Of a stretch of 64,000 nt of DNA, positions 9,401 to 21,028 are shown piece by piece; the stretch's first letter is position 1, and the number at the start of each line of letters is the position of its first letter. Below the pieces are notes generated by a model. The model was not told the origin of the DNA and did not search any database. It saw only the letters and a program-made list of their open reading frames with translations. The translations under genes and the position numbers were made by a program. Location: the NCBI GenBank assembly GCA_965644295.1, contig CBFFRP010000200.1, positions 186,001 to 250,000 on the forward strand, given 5' to 3'. The DNA comes from Paraphysomonas bandaiensis. Taxonomy: Eukaryota; Protista; Chrysophyceae.

Positions 9401-11192
9401 CTCGAGCTGGACAATTTAAGTATACTGCTATATCGGCCGAGAAATTTGGACGAACGGAGTCCTCATCCTTTGTCCGAAAACTTACTCTGGTGATCTTCGC
9501 CCTGGCGCATACATCACATAGACACTGTTCTTTGGAAACACGTTTCGAGAGATGTTTTCGTTTCAGTCCAGTCCCAATAATTAGCATTCTTTTGTGGGCT
9601 TCTACCAACGCATGCTTGTTAAAATGACCCGCTCTCCTATGTAACAGCTCCAGTTCATCCTCACCCGTACGGTCACTGAGATTTACTTCTGAATCACTGG
9701 ATGTCGATACGTCTGGAAGCTCCAATAACTGCTGTGTTGGCACAGCAGTCATTCCATTCTTCATAGGTCCCTCCAACACCAGCTCATCCGTATTTCTGTC
9801 ATATATCTGTATACCATACCATACAGTAAATCGATATCCCATATCGTTCAACTTCCGTCCAGAACAAAGACACCGATTTATCTGACTTGATACCTCAATG
9901 TTCTTCCATGCTCCACGGGAACCTACACTCGTGACGCATATCTCTGACCCTTTTTTCGAACCATTAATAACCTTTGATGTGTGCATATGACTATCAAGTA
10001 TATTCACATCATTTATCAAAAACATTGATGACGAACAACAGGTATCAATGTATGTATAGTGAATATCCTCATGCACACTACTGCATATATTCGTCTCATA
10101 CACATTACATGACAAGTGATACTCTTCCTGTTGCTCGATCATATTTGCTTCGTCTTCGTCAGACAAATCCGCTGGCTCTCCACGCCTGATGTTTTCAACT
10201 GTAAGTAGTCTTTTGTCTGGTTTCCTTCCATCTTGAAACCTCACAGCCTTGCTCTTGCTTTGCGAGTACTTCTTTTTCGATGCTGGACAATCGATGGCAA
10301 GATGTTCCTTTGACTTACAATTTCTGCACCCAGTATATTCGGCACTTCCAGGTCGCTGCCCTGTAATCTCTGTATCCTTCTTCATCGGCTTCTTCTTACC
10401 GTTGTTCTTCTTACGATGATCCCTCTCTCTGCGATATCGTTTCTTACTGTCTATCAGGTTCAGCTCCTCCACTCTTTTACGCTTCTTCTCCAACGCTTCC
10501 TTCCCAGCCATAGTATCATCATAGCCTTCTATCTTACGTGATACAGTTACATAATTAACATCATCATCCATCAAGTATAATCCAACTCTCAGTTGAGCAT
10601 ACTCTTCATTGAGCAAGCCTTCTCGTAGTCGACTTGTTTTTGATACCTCCGAGATATCCTGCTGCTGCTCCTGTAGTTCCTTCAGCAGTAGTTCGAACCG
10701 TAGTACGTAGTCCTTCGCCGTCTCCTCCGGACGCATACGGAAAGAACCATATTGAGTTAAGAGGTCACTGATCCTATTTTGCTTCCCTCCAGCAAAACAC
10801 TTCTTCAACTCATCAATCATTACATGTGTTTTGAACCTGTTTACACCACTCCCTTCTGCCTTGAACGCTTTGTGGGTAAGATGGAATTTACGCAGCGCTT
10901 TCGGGGAATGCTGCACCGCATCCCTGCAGTAAGAATAAGCTATGGCGTTCGCCTTCCAATACCTCTTCACAGCCTGTCTGTACGCCTTCTCCTCCATCAA
11001 CGTAAGTGGCTGCTCCCCGAAGTCGCTCTCCTTAGGTGGCAGTTCCACCGCTACCTCGCTTTGTTCCTTCCTCATAAGGAATGTCTCGAAGTCCTCAATC
11101 CATTGTTCAACGTTAGTCTCGTTGAACTGAGGAACTACTCCTCTATCCTCCTTCTCTCCTCCTCGCTCGCTACCATGTTGGGAAATGCTCAT
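6480..11192 (-). CDS. Copia Gag-Pol polyprotein (Gag/Zn knuckle-PR-IN-RT-RNase H), 1570 aa, single frame
   Basis: Zn knuckle CRNCKSKEHLAIDC; protease YIDTCCS; HRRAGH..CDVC; DDE (SADI, HADGAGE, NAIEER); RT QLDVSSAF/YVDD; RNase H FSDSDWA, ESEY, ADIFTK. IN precedes RT, as in copia. Confidence 0.98.
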   Translation of the reverse strand: MSISQHGSERGGEKEDRGVVPQFNETNVEQWIEDFETFLMRKEQSEVAVELPPKESDFGEQPLTLMEEKAYRQAVKRYWKANAIAYSYCRDAVQHSPKALRKFHLTHKAFKAEGSGVNRFKTHVMIDELKKCFAGGKQNRISDLLTQYGSFRMRPEETAKDYVLRFELLLKELQEQQQDISEVSKTSRLREGLLNEEYAQLRVGLYLMDDDVNYVTVSRKIEGYDDTMAGKEALEKKRKRVEELNLIDSKKRYRRERDHRKKNNGKKKPMKKDTEITGQRPGSAEYTGCRNCKSKEHLAIDCPASKKKYSQSKSKAVRFQDGRKPDKRLLTVENIRRGEPADLSDEDEANMIEQQEEYHLSCNVYETNICSSVHEDIHYTYIDTCCSSSMFLINDVNILDSHMHTSKVINGSKKGSEICVTSVGSRGAWKNIEVSSQINRCLCSGRKLNDMGYRFTVWYGIQIYDRNTDELVLEGPMKNGMTAVPTQQLLELPDVSTSSDSEVNLSDRTGEDELELLHRRAGHFNKHALVEAHKRMLIIGTGLKRKHLSKRVSKEQCLCDVCARAKITRVSFRTKDEDSVRPNFSADIAVYLNCPARGGEIYVLKLTHHASRMFWSEGLVHRTGSSVLQVFKKIFEGDVKRYKLEMHHYHADGAGELICDELRQYLRSQGCYQHTWSSTDSPEMNAIEERKFRTCGEMTLAMLIQSGLPSQFWLDAYMAARYILIRLPTKTAKGYMSPLEFLTGEAPNLKYLRVWGCRAYVLTTKADRRKDWDDKALIGYLIGYSDEKVGYDVYLPATDRVVTSVHVLTDESIPSRSESYFAEIDALRVKEAERPKIVSDYAGLEGTYHIDDEDGLLYKTTRVVERKGVIVAYRSLVTAGRKHIEHRVPIHVEDVVRMTAETPGNTGYIGKGDALSTMPARVLDQGRPGGLQESPDPTCQETAVRLQTSEDYESGVVSGAPPTTHDVRAQDEQGMGSYIPRRPIELDGDGRVRRKRLQRRLANASVLGEINMVEVPDAHNIDLNHAETEDIKIPNSYAEAERSPQYQQWRKARMVEKTSLLKRRVLKIVKIPSGVKLVRAKYVHTVKRDILGNIVKYKARLVALGNLQEKKEEEPSTFAPVVKGITIRLVLAIAFMLQMHVHQLDVSSAFCYADLEDDVYMAPPPDEELLAGWCFQLIKALYGLRSSPRQWNKHIDKFIKSLHFTPCILDTCLYMRWSNGKLHLLLIYVDDIIIASADLTYLESVKRRFCETFEMHDLGVCKRFLNIRITRGENWYMLDQSEYAKNIIKKFSSVMGKSSKNKEAPLPTNVQDLLAEERELTEEQKQWVDSFPYRQIIGAVLYLAMHTRPDLAYAVGLLSRFSSCPTYASCKLAIHLLKYLRGTIDEGIRFSGSEFDLHVFSDSDWAGDRLTRRSTTGYIVFLCAGALAWQSKLQTTVATSSMESEYMAEYAAMQELVWLRGVFKELGLLVAKPTPFFMDSKSAKDLSENPVYHKRSKHIDIKYHWVREHVNGKFPTAKLIHVSTDDMAADIFTKALSTKLFSRHEKTITGVKRSVSTRVEEQQKKRPRRG
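11164..11175 (-). promoter_or_regulatory. Primer-binding site (TGGTAGCGAGCG), probably initiator tRNA-Met
   Basis: Starts with TGG directly after the LTR's CA. Its complement ...GCUCGCUACCA fits the A1:U72 initiator tRNA end, like the yeast Ty1 PBS TGGTAGCGCC. Confidence 0.75.
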
Positions 11193-11468
11193 TTTACTTA
11201 GATCAAAGAGAGATTAAGTTGTTAGACTAGATAGATTTATTAATATCGTTTACACGAATTGTGTTAAACAACACAAGCTCGTTTTGTGCCATGCATAAAT
11301 CACTACTTCTGTAGACCTTTCGCTACTAAACATATCTTGAAAGAGCAAACTATTTCAGTTTTCTCAATATCATAACAGCATCTACACATCACCATACTTC
11401 ACTGTATTCTCGTACATTGTCTTCAAGTACCACATTGAATATACTAGGATACAGTCCATATTCTAATA
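11176..11468 (-). repeat. 5' LTR (293 bp)
   Basis: Direct repeat of 6014-6306. Confidence 0.97.
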
Positions 11469-11834
11469 TATACTGTTGATACTGTTGTATGAAGTATAAG
11501 CCATCTAGCCATCAATTAACGAATGCAAATATATATTACACTTTACTTTGACTAGAGGTGTTTACAAAACTACTTGAGCTTTTCACTTTTCTTCGTTTCG
11601 AGCCACAATATACTCTAACCGACAAACTTTTGCAACAACTCATATATGAACACAAAAAGGAGGAAGCTGTGTCATACTAGTTCAACGATGAGAAATATAT
11701 AGTTAATTAGCTAACAAAATAAAATACATACACCATCTATGTACTACAAGTCATTCGGAATATCGACGCAATTCGTTTGATGATAGCAAGACAATTGCCA
11801 ATCTACATGATGTCAATTAGTAGTTTCACCGCAA

Positions 11835-14800
11835 TCATAAGTAACTGTCGCAGTTGTTTTCGGGGAGGTCAAGATCCTTTGTCCACCGCCTAGAATGGTC
11901 CGGTCTCGAAGCAGACGGAATTTTCCTCGGCTTCTTTTCACCCTATCAAGATATAATTATGCTATTTGCTTATACAAATATTATTAAACTTACTCGTGAG
12001 TAGTACTTATTACAATTGTGAAGGCGAATCCACTTTTTATAAGCTTTCTTTGAATCAGCAAGGCGTTTTGCTGCTGCCGAACTATTCTTCTCTTGTTCTT
12101 TTGTCTGATCACAACATATAAATTAAAATATGGTATCAAAACTAACAAAGCACTTTACCTTCAATTCGACCTTCTGCTTCTCAGTCTCTTGCTTCCGTTC
12201 TATCCATTCCTTATACTGTTTTGCTTGCTTCTCTCTGTAAGATGCATCAAAATCCAAAGCGTTTCGAATCGCTTGTTCTCCATCAGAACAAAATAATTCT
12301 GATCCTAATTCTCTCACTAATATAGTGTAAAACTCTTCATTAAAGAAAGAATCGAATAATTGCTTCGTGATGAGAGGGTACTCGTTTTCATCTCGTGTGG
12401 CACGGTTATCGTTCATTACCCTTCTCTTCAAAGCGATGGCCTTACATCTCAACTCGTGGTGAATACGAGGATCAGAAGCCTGGATTGCTTTGTCCACTGC
12501 ACTTTCTGTGAGATTCAATGGGGCCAACCACGAACTTTTGCATTTTCTTGCCGAAAATGCTTTATTACGCTCTGCGAGGTCTGCTCTGATCTTCGCCAGT
12601 TGAGTGGTTTCCTGCTGAATACTTCTCTCTAACCATTCACCAAACTTTCTGCAATTAGAATAGTTCTCCTTTCTGTTGGAGTCATCATATCTTTTAAATA
12701 TATCCTTCGTCACTTCAGCATTCGTTTTTTCAGCCCGACGAAGCTGCTCTTCTTTCTCTATCAGCAACCGCTTCTTTATTGCACGCCTAGCCTTTCTTTC
12801 CTCCTCCATCTTAGCCGACTTCCCTCGTGCTTTTTTGATGACATCTTCATTATCTTTCAACCATCTCTTATACTCAACATTTAACATATGTGTAAAGTCT
12901 CGTCTCCCAGATACGTCCAACACCCATGCATCTACTCTGTTCTTGATCTCCTGGTCCATGACTTCGGGTGGAACAATATCAAACTTCTTAACCATGGCAT
13001 CTATATCACTTTCGGACAATGAATGTTCTAAGCCTGCAAGGGCTTTTCGGAACTCAATCGCTACAGTGTTTTCCGTGCGCTTTTTAAATGCGTTGTCTTT
13101 TATTTTCGTATCTAGCCACGTAACCCAATTGCAGGCACCTTGGCCAACACGGAGATGAACAAGGTACTTCCGTAACCAGTCTGCATGAATTCTGTGTTTA
13201 AATATGACGGAGGAGGACACCAATGCAGTATTTAGCGATTTCATTTCCCTGCTATCAGCAACTGACACCCGCAAACTTGTGCCATCGCACCCTACTTTCT
13301 CTGCAAAATTCTTGACCAGAGTGACCAGGAGGTGCAACTGCGGAGCTGACAGATGAAGTCTGGCCGCACAAAATGCTTCTTGTACCTCGCTAATAGATAT
13401 CCACTCTCGTGGTGACGATACAACAACCTTGCCCCGAGCTGGATTCATGGTATAAGGTTCAATATAACCAAGGTATACCTAAAAAGAAATTAATAAGGAA
13501 ATTATATACCATCATAAGAAATACCTGTATTGTGTGATACAGGTCTGTCTGTCGCACAGTTTGTGTTATAAGATCCTCTAATACAAAGTGTGGTGAGTAG
13601 TCACCCTCATGGGACCCCACATAGAACTTTTGAATACTACTTGTGGCGCTTGTAGATACTCTCTTTCGTCTTGCTGGAGGTTCGCTGGTACTCCGGCTTT
13701 TGCGCCCAGTCCTTCTAACGACTGGCTCTGGACCAGGTGACTGCTTTACAGCAGGTGGGGGGGCTTCTTCAGAGACTTCTTCCTCGGGTATGACTAAAGG
13801 AGGGGGCGGGGTATCCTCAGGCGAGGCTGGCGTATTATCAATCTGAGGCTTTTCTTCTTCCTCATCTTCTCCTTGTTGCATATACCGCTCCACAGCCTCC
13901 TCACACATACACAGAAAGGATCTCACATCTAGCATTGGTACACCTTCTTCATTGAAGCCAGCCCCACAGACTGCCAAAATAGTTGCTAAAGATGAAGATG
14001 AAGTGGCGAGATCAATCTCTCGTTTTGTCTCCCAGTCTTCCTGAATTCCAACCGCCAGACCTAAACTAATGAAACGACTATTGAAGTCAGGTACAGGTAT
14101 TATGTGAAAGTCGGGGGACTCGGAAAGCCATATTGCAACATCAATGCCTTTTGCTCTTGCTGAAGCAACCAACAATGCAGTTTCGATTCCCAAAGTGTCG
14201 ATCTTTGTGTCGTTAACTGTCTCAATTGGCACGGTCGGTTCTTCAGGGGAAGGTTGACTCGAAACTTCAGTTAGTGGGGCCTTACCACTATCATTTTTCA
14301 TTTGCTGGAGACTGAATGATTCACCCACCTGACCGCGTGATACCACGGCTGCAGTAGTATCCGCTTCAGTTAAAGGGATGGCACGGTCACACTCGCCAGC
14401 GGGAAACCAAGGCTTGTCATTCTCTTCTTCAGTAATCAGGCTCCAGTTCTTCTCGTCAGTATCATCGGCATTGTGGTCATATACGGTATACCATAAGTTA
14501 CTCAATGGAAGCAAGGCACACTCACGAAGATGTTGCATTTGCTCAGGATAACCTCCATTGAAACATCCAAATCTTAGTGCAGTTGATAGTTCAATGTGCA
14601 CTTCAGCCATAGAATAGACATAGAAATCACAGCCTGTACATTCACGAATACGAAGCTGTCGGCTGCATGCATACAGCGTACTCTTCTCACAGTTCCGCAT
14701 AAAAATTGTGCTGGTCGATGCGCCAATAAATATCCGGCAGTTTTTAACATTATCAATTTGAACTTGCTCACAGGCATCCATTACAACAAGCTCACAGTCC

Positions 14801-14964
14801 TCGCAATTAATGATATCGAACATCTGACCATTTATGCTTCCTGGTGGCTTTATATGAGGCCCTTTCTCTTTTATATCATGGAAAGAGTAATATGTCGCCA
14901 TCATATAATCGCGCCATTCCTTTCTGGTCTCGAATTCTATTCCATCCTGTACTTTAAACACCAT
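11835..14964 (-). CDS. TBCC/RP2-like (C-CAP/cofactor C beta-helix) protein with long coiled-coil C-terminus, multi-exon
   Basis: KPPGSINGQMFDIINCEDC..QVQIDNVKNCRIFIG..SRQLRIREC matches the RP2/TBCC repeat with its catalytic Arg. ORFs 13459-14964 and 12123-13448 join via a short intron. Further exons run to TGA at 11835. Confidence 0.8.
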
Positions 14965-15431
14965 GATGAGGAGGTTTGTATGATATGGTTGGTAAGATAT
15001 TGTATGAGGTGACTGCAGACAGGCGCCTTTATACCCTCTACAGATACTCTTATCGTGAAGTATGAAGGAAGTATGAAGTACACGTTAATAATATCGAAGA
15101 AACGAAGTGAAAGTCAAGATGATGCAGAGAAGTTTATTACTGTTCTGTTGGTGTTTTTTTGATATGTATATATCAACGGTCGATCTCGTTTAAAAACTAT
15201 CCATACAATACAATACCGGAATACGCTGACCAAATACAGGTACAGTATCCATATGCAGTGTAAGACTTCATACAATAGATATGTACGGAATGGGCCAATC
15301 AGCATCCAGATAAAGCTGTACACATACTCATACATATACCTCGACACGATCATGTCTACTAGATGTGCGTGCAGCATATGCACATACATCTCTACCAAGA
15401 ACACAGTTTGTCATTCAATTTAAAGAGAGCT

Positions 15432-17250
15432 ATGGTGTTTTCATTTTTTCGCTCATTATCCATCAAAAGTGCTCCGCTTGTCTTATCAGCTTCACTCCTA
15501 TACCCCTCTAGAGAGCACAGCTACAGTGCTGAAGAGAGCTCTCCTGTGCGCCCTCATCAAGTATATGACATCGCTGTTATCGGGGGAGGTGTTGTCGGTT
15601 TAGCTGTCGCACGGGCATGTTCTGTTCAATGTGGGGCTAAAGTAGTAGTATTGGAGCGCGAAGATGCCGTCGGAGCTGGTGTGTCTGCGCGCAATAGTGG
15701 GCTTGGATGTACTGGTTATGATGCCCCTGTCGGGAGCTTGGAACGTCAGTTATTGCGTCGAAGCATTCAACTTCATCCTAATTTGTATCGATCCTTTGGT
15801 CTAAGCTCAGAGCACGTTCGGAAATGTGGTTCTGTAATAGTTGCTTGGACACCAGCTGAACGAGACATGCTTCCGATGATACTGGAAGAAAATAGATTGG
15901 CAGGAGACATGGATGCAGTACTGCTTTCACAAGAAGAGCTTAGACGGCTAGAGCCTTCTCTTTCTCATGACGCTTTAGGAGCCGTATATTGTCCCTATGA
16001 GGCAGTTGTGGAGCCATGGCTGGTCCCTGTTGGTTATGCAGAGAGTGCTCGTCTCAGTGGAGTAGAATTCCGTACAAGTACAGAGGTCGTATCTGCACGA
16101 CGGGTTGAAGGTCTGTGGTGTCTAGACCTAGTTTCTAGTGGTGTCGAATCTTTGGATAAGCTAGCGGTGCCGAATACTGTAGCCCAGAAGACTTGTGAGG
16201 TACTTCAGAGTTTCATTATTGATAACTGTTACATTTGTACTAGGTTGAATGCGAACAGGCCGGCGAGGTGCGCGCGAACGTTGTAATAAATTGTGCAGGC
16301 TTATTTGGTGATGCGGTCGAGAGTATGCTGAGTGCTGCGGCTTCCGGTGAATCGAATTCCCAGAGTGAAGGTCGGTAATTGACTGTTTACGATATTTTGA
16401 TCAATACAACGTAGGTTTTGTGCCGAAATTCACTGTTACCCCTCGCAAGGGGCAGTTTGTGATATTTCGGGGACCAAAGGAGGGATTTCCAGCGCCAGGG
16501 GTTATTATAGAACCTGTGGCAACGGAGTATACCAAGGGAGTAATTATCTGGACAACACTTTATGGAAACATCGTGGTTGGTCCAACAGCAGAGGACGTCG
16601 AGCATAAGGATGATTTCTGTACAGACAGTGAGACCGTGTGTAGACTCAGAAAATTCGGTGAAAGTAGAGTACCCGGTCTGAAGGACGCAGAGGTTGTGGG
16701 TACGTATTGTGGTCTGCGTCCTGCCACTGAACACAGGGACTATAATATATATTCCTCCACTACCCCACTTGGTGGTAAGTGGATCACCGTTGGGGGGATT
16801 CGCAGTACTGGTACACGTGAAATCGAAGCACTATTCTGAGTTAATTACTTCACAGGTCTTACGGCGTCTAGTGGTATCGGAGAGTATGTTGCTCAGCTGT
16901 ACTGTTCTGATCACGTGATTAGTCGAAACGAGAGCTGCATTCATCGCACGGACAAGGAGGATGGTATTACATCCAGCAAAACGGATGGACTTATTGGCGT
17001 TTCAGAGAGTGCTGAGAGCCCACTGCCTTTACATACTATCAACAGATTTTTGGTGCCTCTGCAGTCGCCTCCACCACGATGTACGGGGAACGACGATTTG
17101 ATGTGCTCTGAGGTGCCATCATTAAAAGACTTGGCGGCAGACTATGCAAGCAATAGTAGATATGTTAAGATTTATGGTCGTCTACATCGAGTAACACATC
17201 CTATTAGTTATGTGGGTATGAAGACTCTCCATTACTCACCAGAAAAATAG
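15432..17250 (+). CDS. FAD-dependent oxidoreductase (GlpA/GlpO-like or L-2-hydroxyglutarate dehydrogenase family), possible mitochondrial presequence
   Basis: DIAVIGGGVVG, SARNSG, VINCAGLFGD, PRKGQF, VVGPTAED, GLRPA, GIRSTGLTAS. Three short introns. Confidence 0.85.
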
Positions 17251-17458
17251 ATAGTAAGTTATAGAAGTGCATGTTTAATCAAACACCCGATGGTGTATGT
17301 AAGCTGTTAGTGACGTAAACTACAATTTGACCTGCCTTAACTTTATGAAGCCTCAAATTCGTCTTAATACAGCATTTTAATTACACTAATAGTTTATTCG
17401 TTTATTCACCACACATCAGAGAAAAATGGGTATCTTCTAGTGTCTACTGCGCTATACA

Positions 17459-18867
17459 TTATGCATGCGATACACAATCGTAAATTAAACTAACACTCTG
17501 TTCAACAGAAAATGAACTAGGAATGCATATTTCACACTCAACGGGAGTCCCCTCAGATGAAGCAGCCCACCCTTTTAGAGTATCTTCTTCAGAAACACAC
17601 GTTATAGCTTGAAGCGATTGTCTGTCCTTCGTCTCATTTAGCAAAATATCTACATAAAACAAATGTACACGATCGGCAGACTGCAATCCAATTAGACCAT
17701 TAATCATATCACCATACTGCTGTGAATTGAAGCTTCCCCCCATGATAACAGTCGATCCAGCGTCGAGAGCAGTACGAGCACAGGCTCGAATGATCTCTGC
17801 TGCGAGGGTGTCGGCATTACTATTTTCGTGCAAGACGGTGCTGACAAAGTATTCTTGCTCCAAATATGCGACATTGAATCCTTTCCGCACAAGCAACTCC
17901 TGAAGTGACCTACATATTCCGAACATCCCAACAGCTCCGGGACCTCGCACAATAACCAAACGGGGTGCGTGTCCACAGGTAGGTGGATGAGTCGGACAAT
18001 TAAGTGATTCAGCCAGTGATCTGCATGAGCTGCTATAGTCCATCATATCAAAGAATTCGAAGATCGGCGACAATATGTCTGGCGAGCGGGAATGGGACGG
18101 ATAAGCGAGACAGTGCAGCCAGGCGGGATACCCTGATAACACGGGAACAAATCCAGCCTTCTCCGCTTCAGTACTGTGAGAGAGTCGAATAGAGAGGCAT
18201 AAGTCTAATGCAGAAAGTAATGCGCTTTGATCGAATGAGCGTATGAATTCTAGAAGATCTTCCTGCAATGCATTTATATTATACTGTGATCAGACTGTCG
18301 AAAAGTCACAAACCTCAGTAGTGCTTTCAAAACATAGTGATACCCATTTTCTATCTCCACCGCATATGTTGGCATCGCAATCTAGCTCAATCGTTGTAGT
18401 CTCTCGTTTTCTTCCTTTTGATATTACTCTACTTCGAAATTTGATGACGTTCACAACACGGTCTTCGGAAAGCAGTTGTTTGCAGTCATCCATACCCCGC
18501 GATGACAGCATGTTTCCAATATCAGACTTATAGGCATCGAACCCAGATTTTCCAAACTTTTCTTTTGTCCATTCCTCGGCGCCAGGGAGGATAAGAGATG
18601 TCCGATCACGGACTTTAACCTCCAGTCTCTTACCGGCCTGAAGACAGTCAGAGCGACATCGTTTTATCGATAGACAATACCACATACTCGTTCTTTTATC
18701 CCTACTCTATCGCAGGTGCTAAGTATATATGTATCAGTTCTTGTCTCGCCCCATTGCCTATCAGAGGGACGGAGACGCTCTATGGCAGCATTGTACTGAG
18801 ACTCCTCCTCCACGCACACCCATCTATCAGACTTCTGCAAGACAGGTAAGAATACACGCCACTCCAT
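17459..18867 (-). CDS. CYTH-like N-terminal domain fused to degenerate P-loop small-molecule-kinase-like domain
   Basis: MEWRVF..RTDTY..GIKER..LEVKVR..EEWTKE..WVSLCFE resembles CYTH. The C-terminal LVIVRGPGAVGM is a Walker-A-like loop lacking GK[S/T]. Three ORFs are linked by short introns. Confidence 0.55.
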
Positions 18868-19256
18868 GAATTCTACTACTCTACAGATAATCCCTGTATG
18901 GAGTACACCGCCACTGAGCTGACACTGATGAGTGATATGCACAGCACACAGCAGTATGGTACTCTGCTCTAGTGTTGCAATAAGATCAAACATTAATACA
19001 CGGAATACATTGAAATACAGGACATTACTGTGAAGATATCAGAGTGGTGGTGTATACGGTATACGGTGGAGGTAGTTCCTGTATTTCATGTAGTGTGTAT
19101 GTGTATATGTATATGTATGATATGAGACAACAGGCACATACTGCTGTATCTACATACTGCACATACATGTACAGCTAGAGTATATGTATGTATGTATGTA
19201 TACACAGGCAGGGGGTCATATGCAGTGTGTCTTAAGAGCACTAATAGAACGATACA

Positions 19257-19787
19257 ATGTCAAAACCTAAAACTCTACGAGATTTTCTATCCCTGTATCC
19301 TGTGATATCTCGAATATCAGTGAAGTGGGGTGACATGGATGCCTACAGGCACCTCAACAACACGGTCTTCTTCAGGTATCAAGAGGTCGCAAGACTCAGA
19401 TTTTTCAGAGAATTTTTAAAGGAAATCGATACATCTGTCTTCGATGTAAAGAAATTTGATGAGGGGACTGGATTAGGTCCCATATTATCAACTACTTCTT
19501 GTACGTTTCGGTTACCGATAACTTATCCTGATAAATTGCTAGTTAGCTCTGTGATATTACCTGGCGATATGTCACACGATAGATACAAGCTCACCCACAC
19601 CATGTGGAGTATGAAGCACGACAGCCTTGCGGCGGTTGGACACGGTGTAGTTGTGAGCTATAACTTTGAGACTGGAAAAGTGGAACCTATTCCGGAAGCA
19701 ATGCGAACAGCCATTGAGAAAGTATCGCAACGCAATTCGTTGCATTTACTTGAACAACTTGAAAATTTACAATGTTTGGATGACTGA
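19257..19787 (+). CDS. Acyl-CoA thioesterase (4HBT/YbgC hot-dog fold)
   Basis: VKWGDMDAYRHLNNTVFFRYQEVAR; PITYPD. Intronless ORF of 176 aa. Confidence 0.92.
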   Translation: MSKPKTLRDFLSLYPVISRISVKWGDMDAYRHLNNTVFFRYQEVARLRFFREFLKEIDTSVFDVKKFDEGTGLGPILSTTSCTFRLPITYPDKLLVSSVILPGDMSHDRYKLTHTMWSMKHDSLAAVGHGVVVSYNFETGKVEPIPEAMRTAIEKVSQRNSLHLLEQLENLQCLDD

Positions 19788-21028
19788 ATATATTTATCAG
19801 TTGTAAGATTTTAGTACTAGTTCGCAGTAGTTGTAAAGATATCTCTGTGGAGTGGTATATTTGTATATGATTTCCATGGAATACGTTTGTACTGGTGATA
19901 TAAGTTATTTATAGTATTCACCCGATTTAGAAACATTGGCAGAATCTGCTCTAAATTATATCTTTTTGCGTTTGAAGTCTTACTACTTGCATTTTAGTAT
20001 TAATAACTTCGATGACAAAAGCAACATACGAATCTAGTTATCACAACACTTTCTTCACGGTGTAAACGTAATGATGGTCTCTTGTACACGAGAACAGCAT
20101 TTTGTAGGCACCCCAAAGGCAGGATCGCTGTATAGAGTATAGAGTGATTTCTAGAGAATATATGCTCCTTTTGACACATAAAGTTCATCCCAATAAGTTG
20201 GTGAGGAACAATTACCAGGGCTGCGTTTCAATTATTGCAATAGCAATAATTGAAATAGGGACAGCAAATCATAATTTCAATTATAATTGACTCCAGCTTG
20301 CTTCAATTAATTAAAATACAACAACTTGGTACTGGCAAGTATTTAGAAAACAGCACTTTCTATTTTATGCCAAAATTTAAAGATTGGTAGAATGCAATGA
20401 AATCTATGAGATTTATCTCATATAACATTTTTCTTCATTGATCCGCGATAGGAGCTACTATCTGGTACCAGAAGTCGCTGTTCGAGTGTTCTTCGAGAAA
20501 ATAAATAAAAAAGAAGACGTTGCATTAGAGACTTGGCAATGCCGGAAGTGCTCTGTGGTATAGGTGTTAGGAGGCGAAAGAAGGGTTATGGGTGGATCAA
20601 CCTCTAGCTGCATGCCATCAAATACGATGGCTGGAAAGAAAAAGTATTTTATGCGATGGATAAATAATTAAATAAGGTATCGCAAAATAGAACAACTACA
20701 GAAGGAAGGTGAACATCAGCTCGATCTACACGACGTTTGTACATTGTTTGACGAACTCATAACAAGGTCCCCGATTGTGGAGCGTCATCTGGGCTATTGT
20801 TCATAACGCAGCTTTCGAAAACGCAGTAGTGAAGATTCAAAGTGACAATGAAGTCTCACCTACCCGGACGGAAAAGAATCAAATAAAACTATTTTCGCTA
20901 ATGAAGAAGATGACGACAGTAAATCAGAATGACAACACAGCGCAAAGTTATATTGATGAAAACAGGCAGGCGAACCATGCACGTTTTAACAAGCACACTC
21001 GATACCGTAGCATGAATCTCGTGTATGC

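Larger units (their letters stand above)
6014..11468 (-). mobile_element. Intact Ty1/copia LTR retrotransposon
   Basis: Two apparently identical 293-bp LTRs (6014-6306, 11176-11468). 5-bp TSD TATAC (6009-6013, 11469-11473). PBS TGGTAGCGAGCG abuts the 5' LTR and a purine tract GAGTGGGAG abuts the 3' LTR. Confidence 0.98.

Noticed and set aside
6751-11201. Plus-strand ORFs antisense to the copia polyprotein (and similar shadow ORFs opposite kinesin, TBCC and PKG)
   Set aside because: Short antisense shadows of real coding frames with no recognisable motifs.
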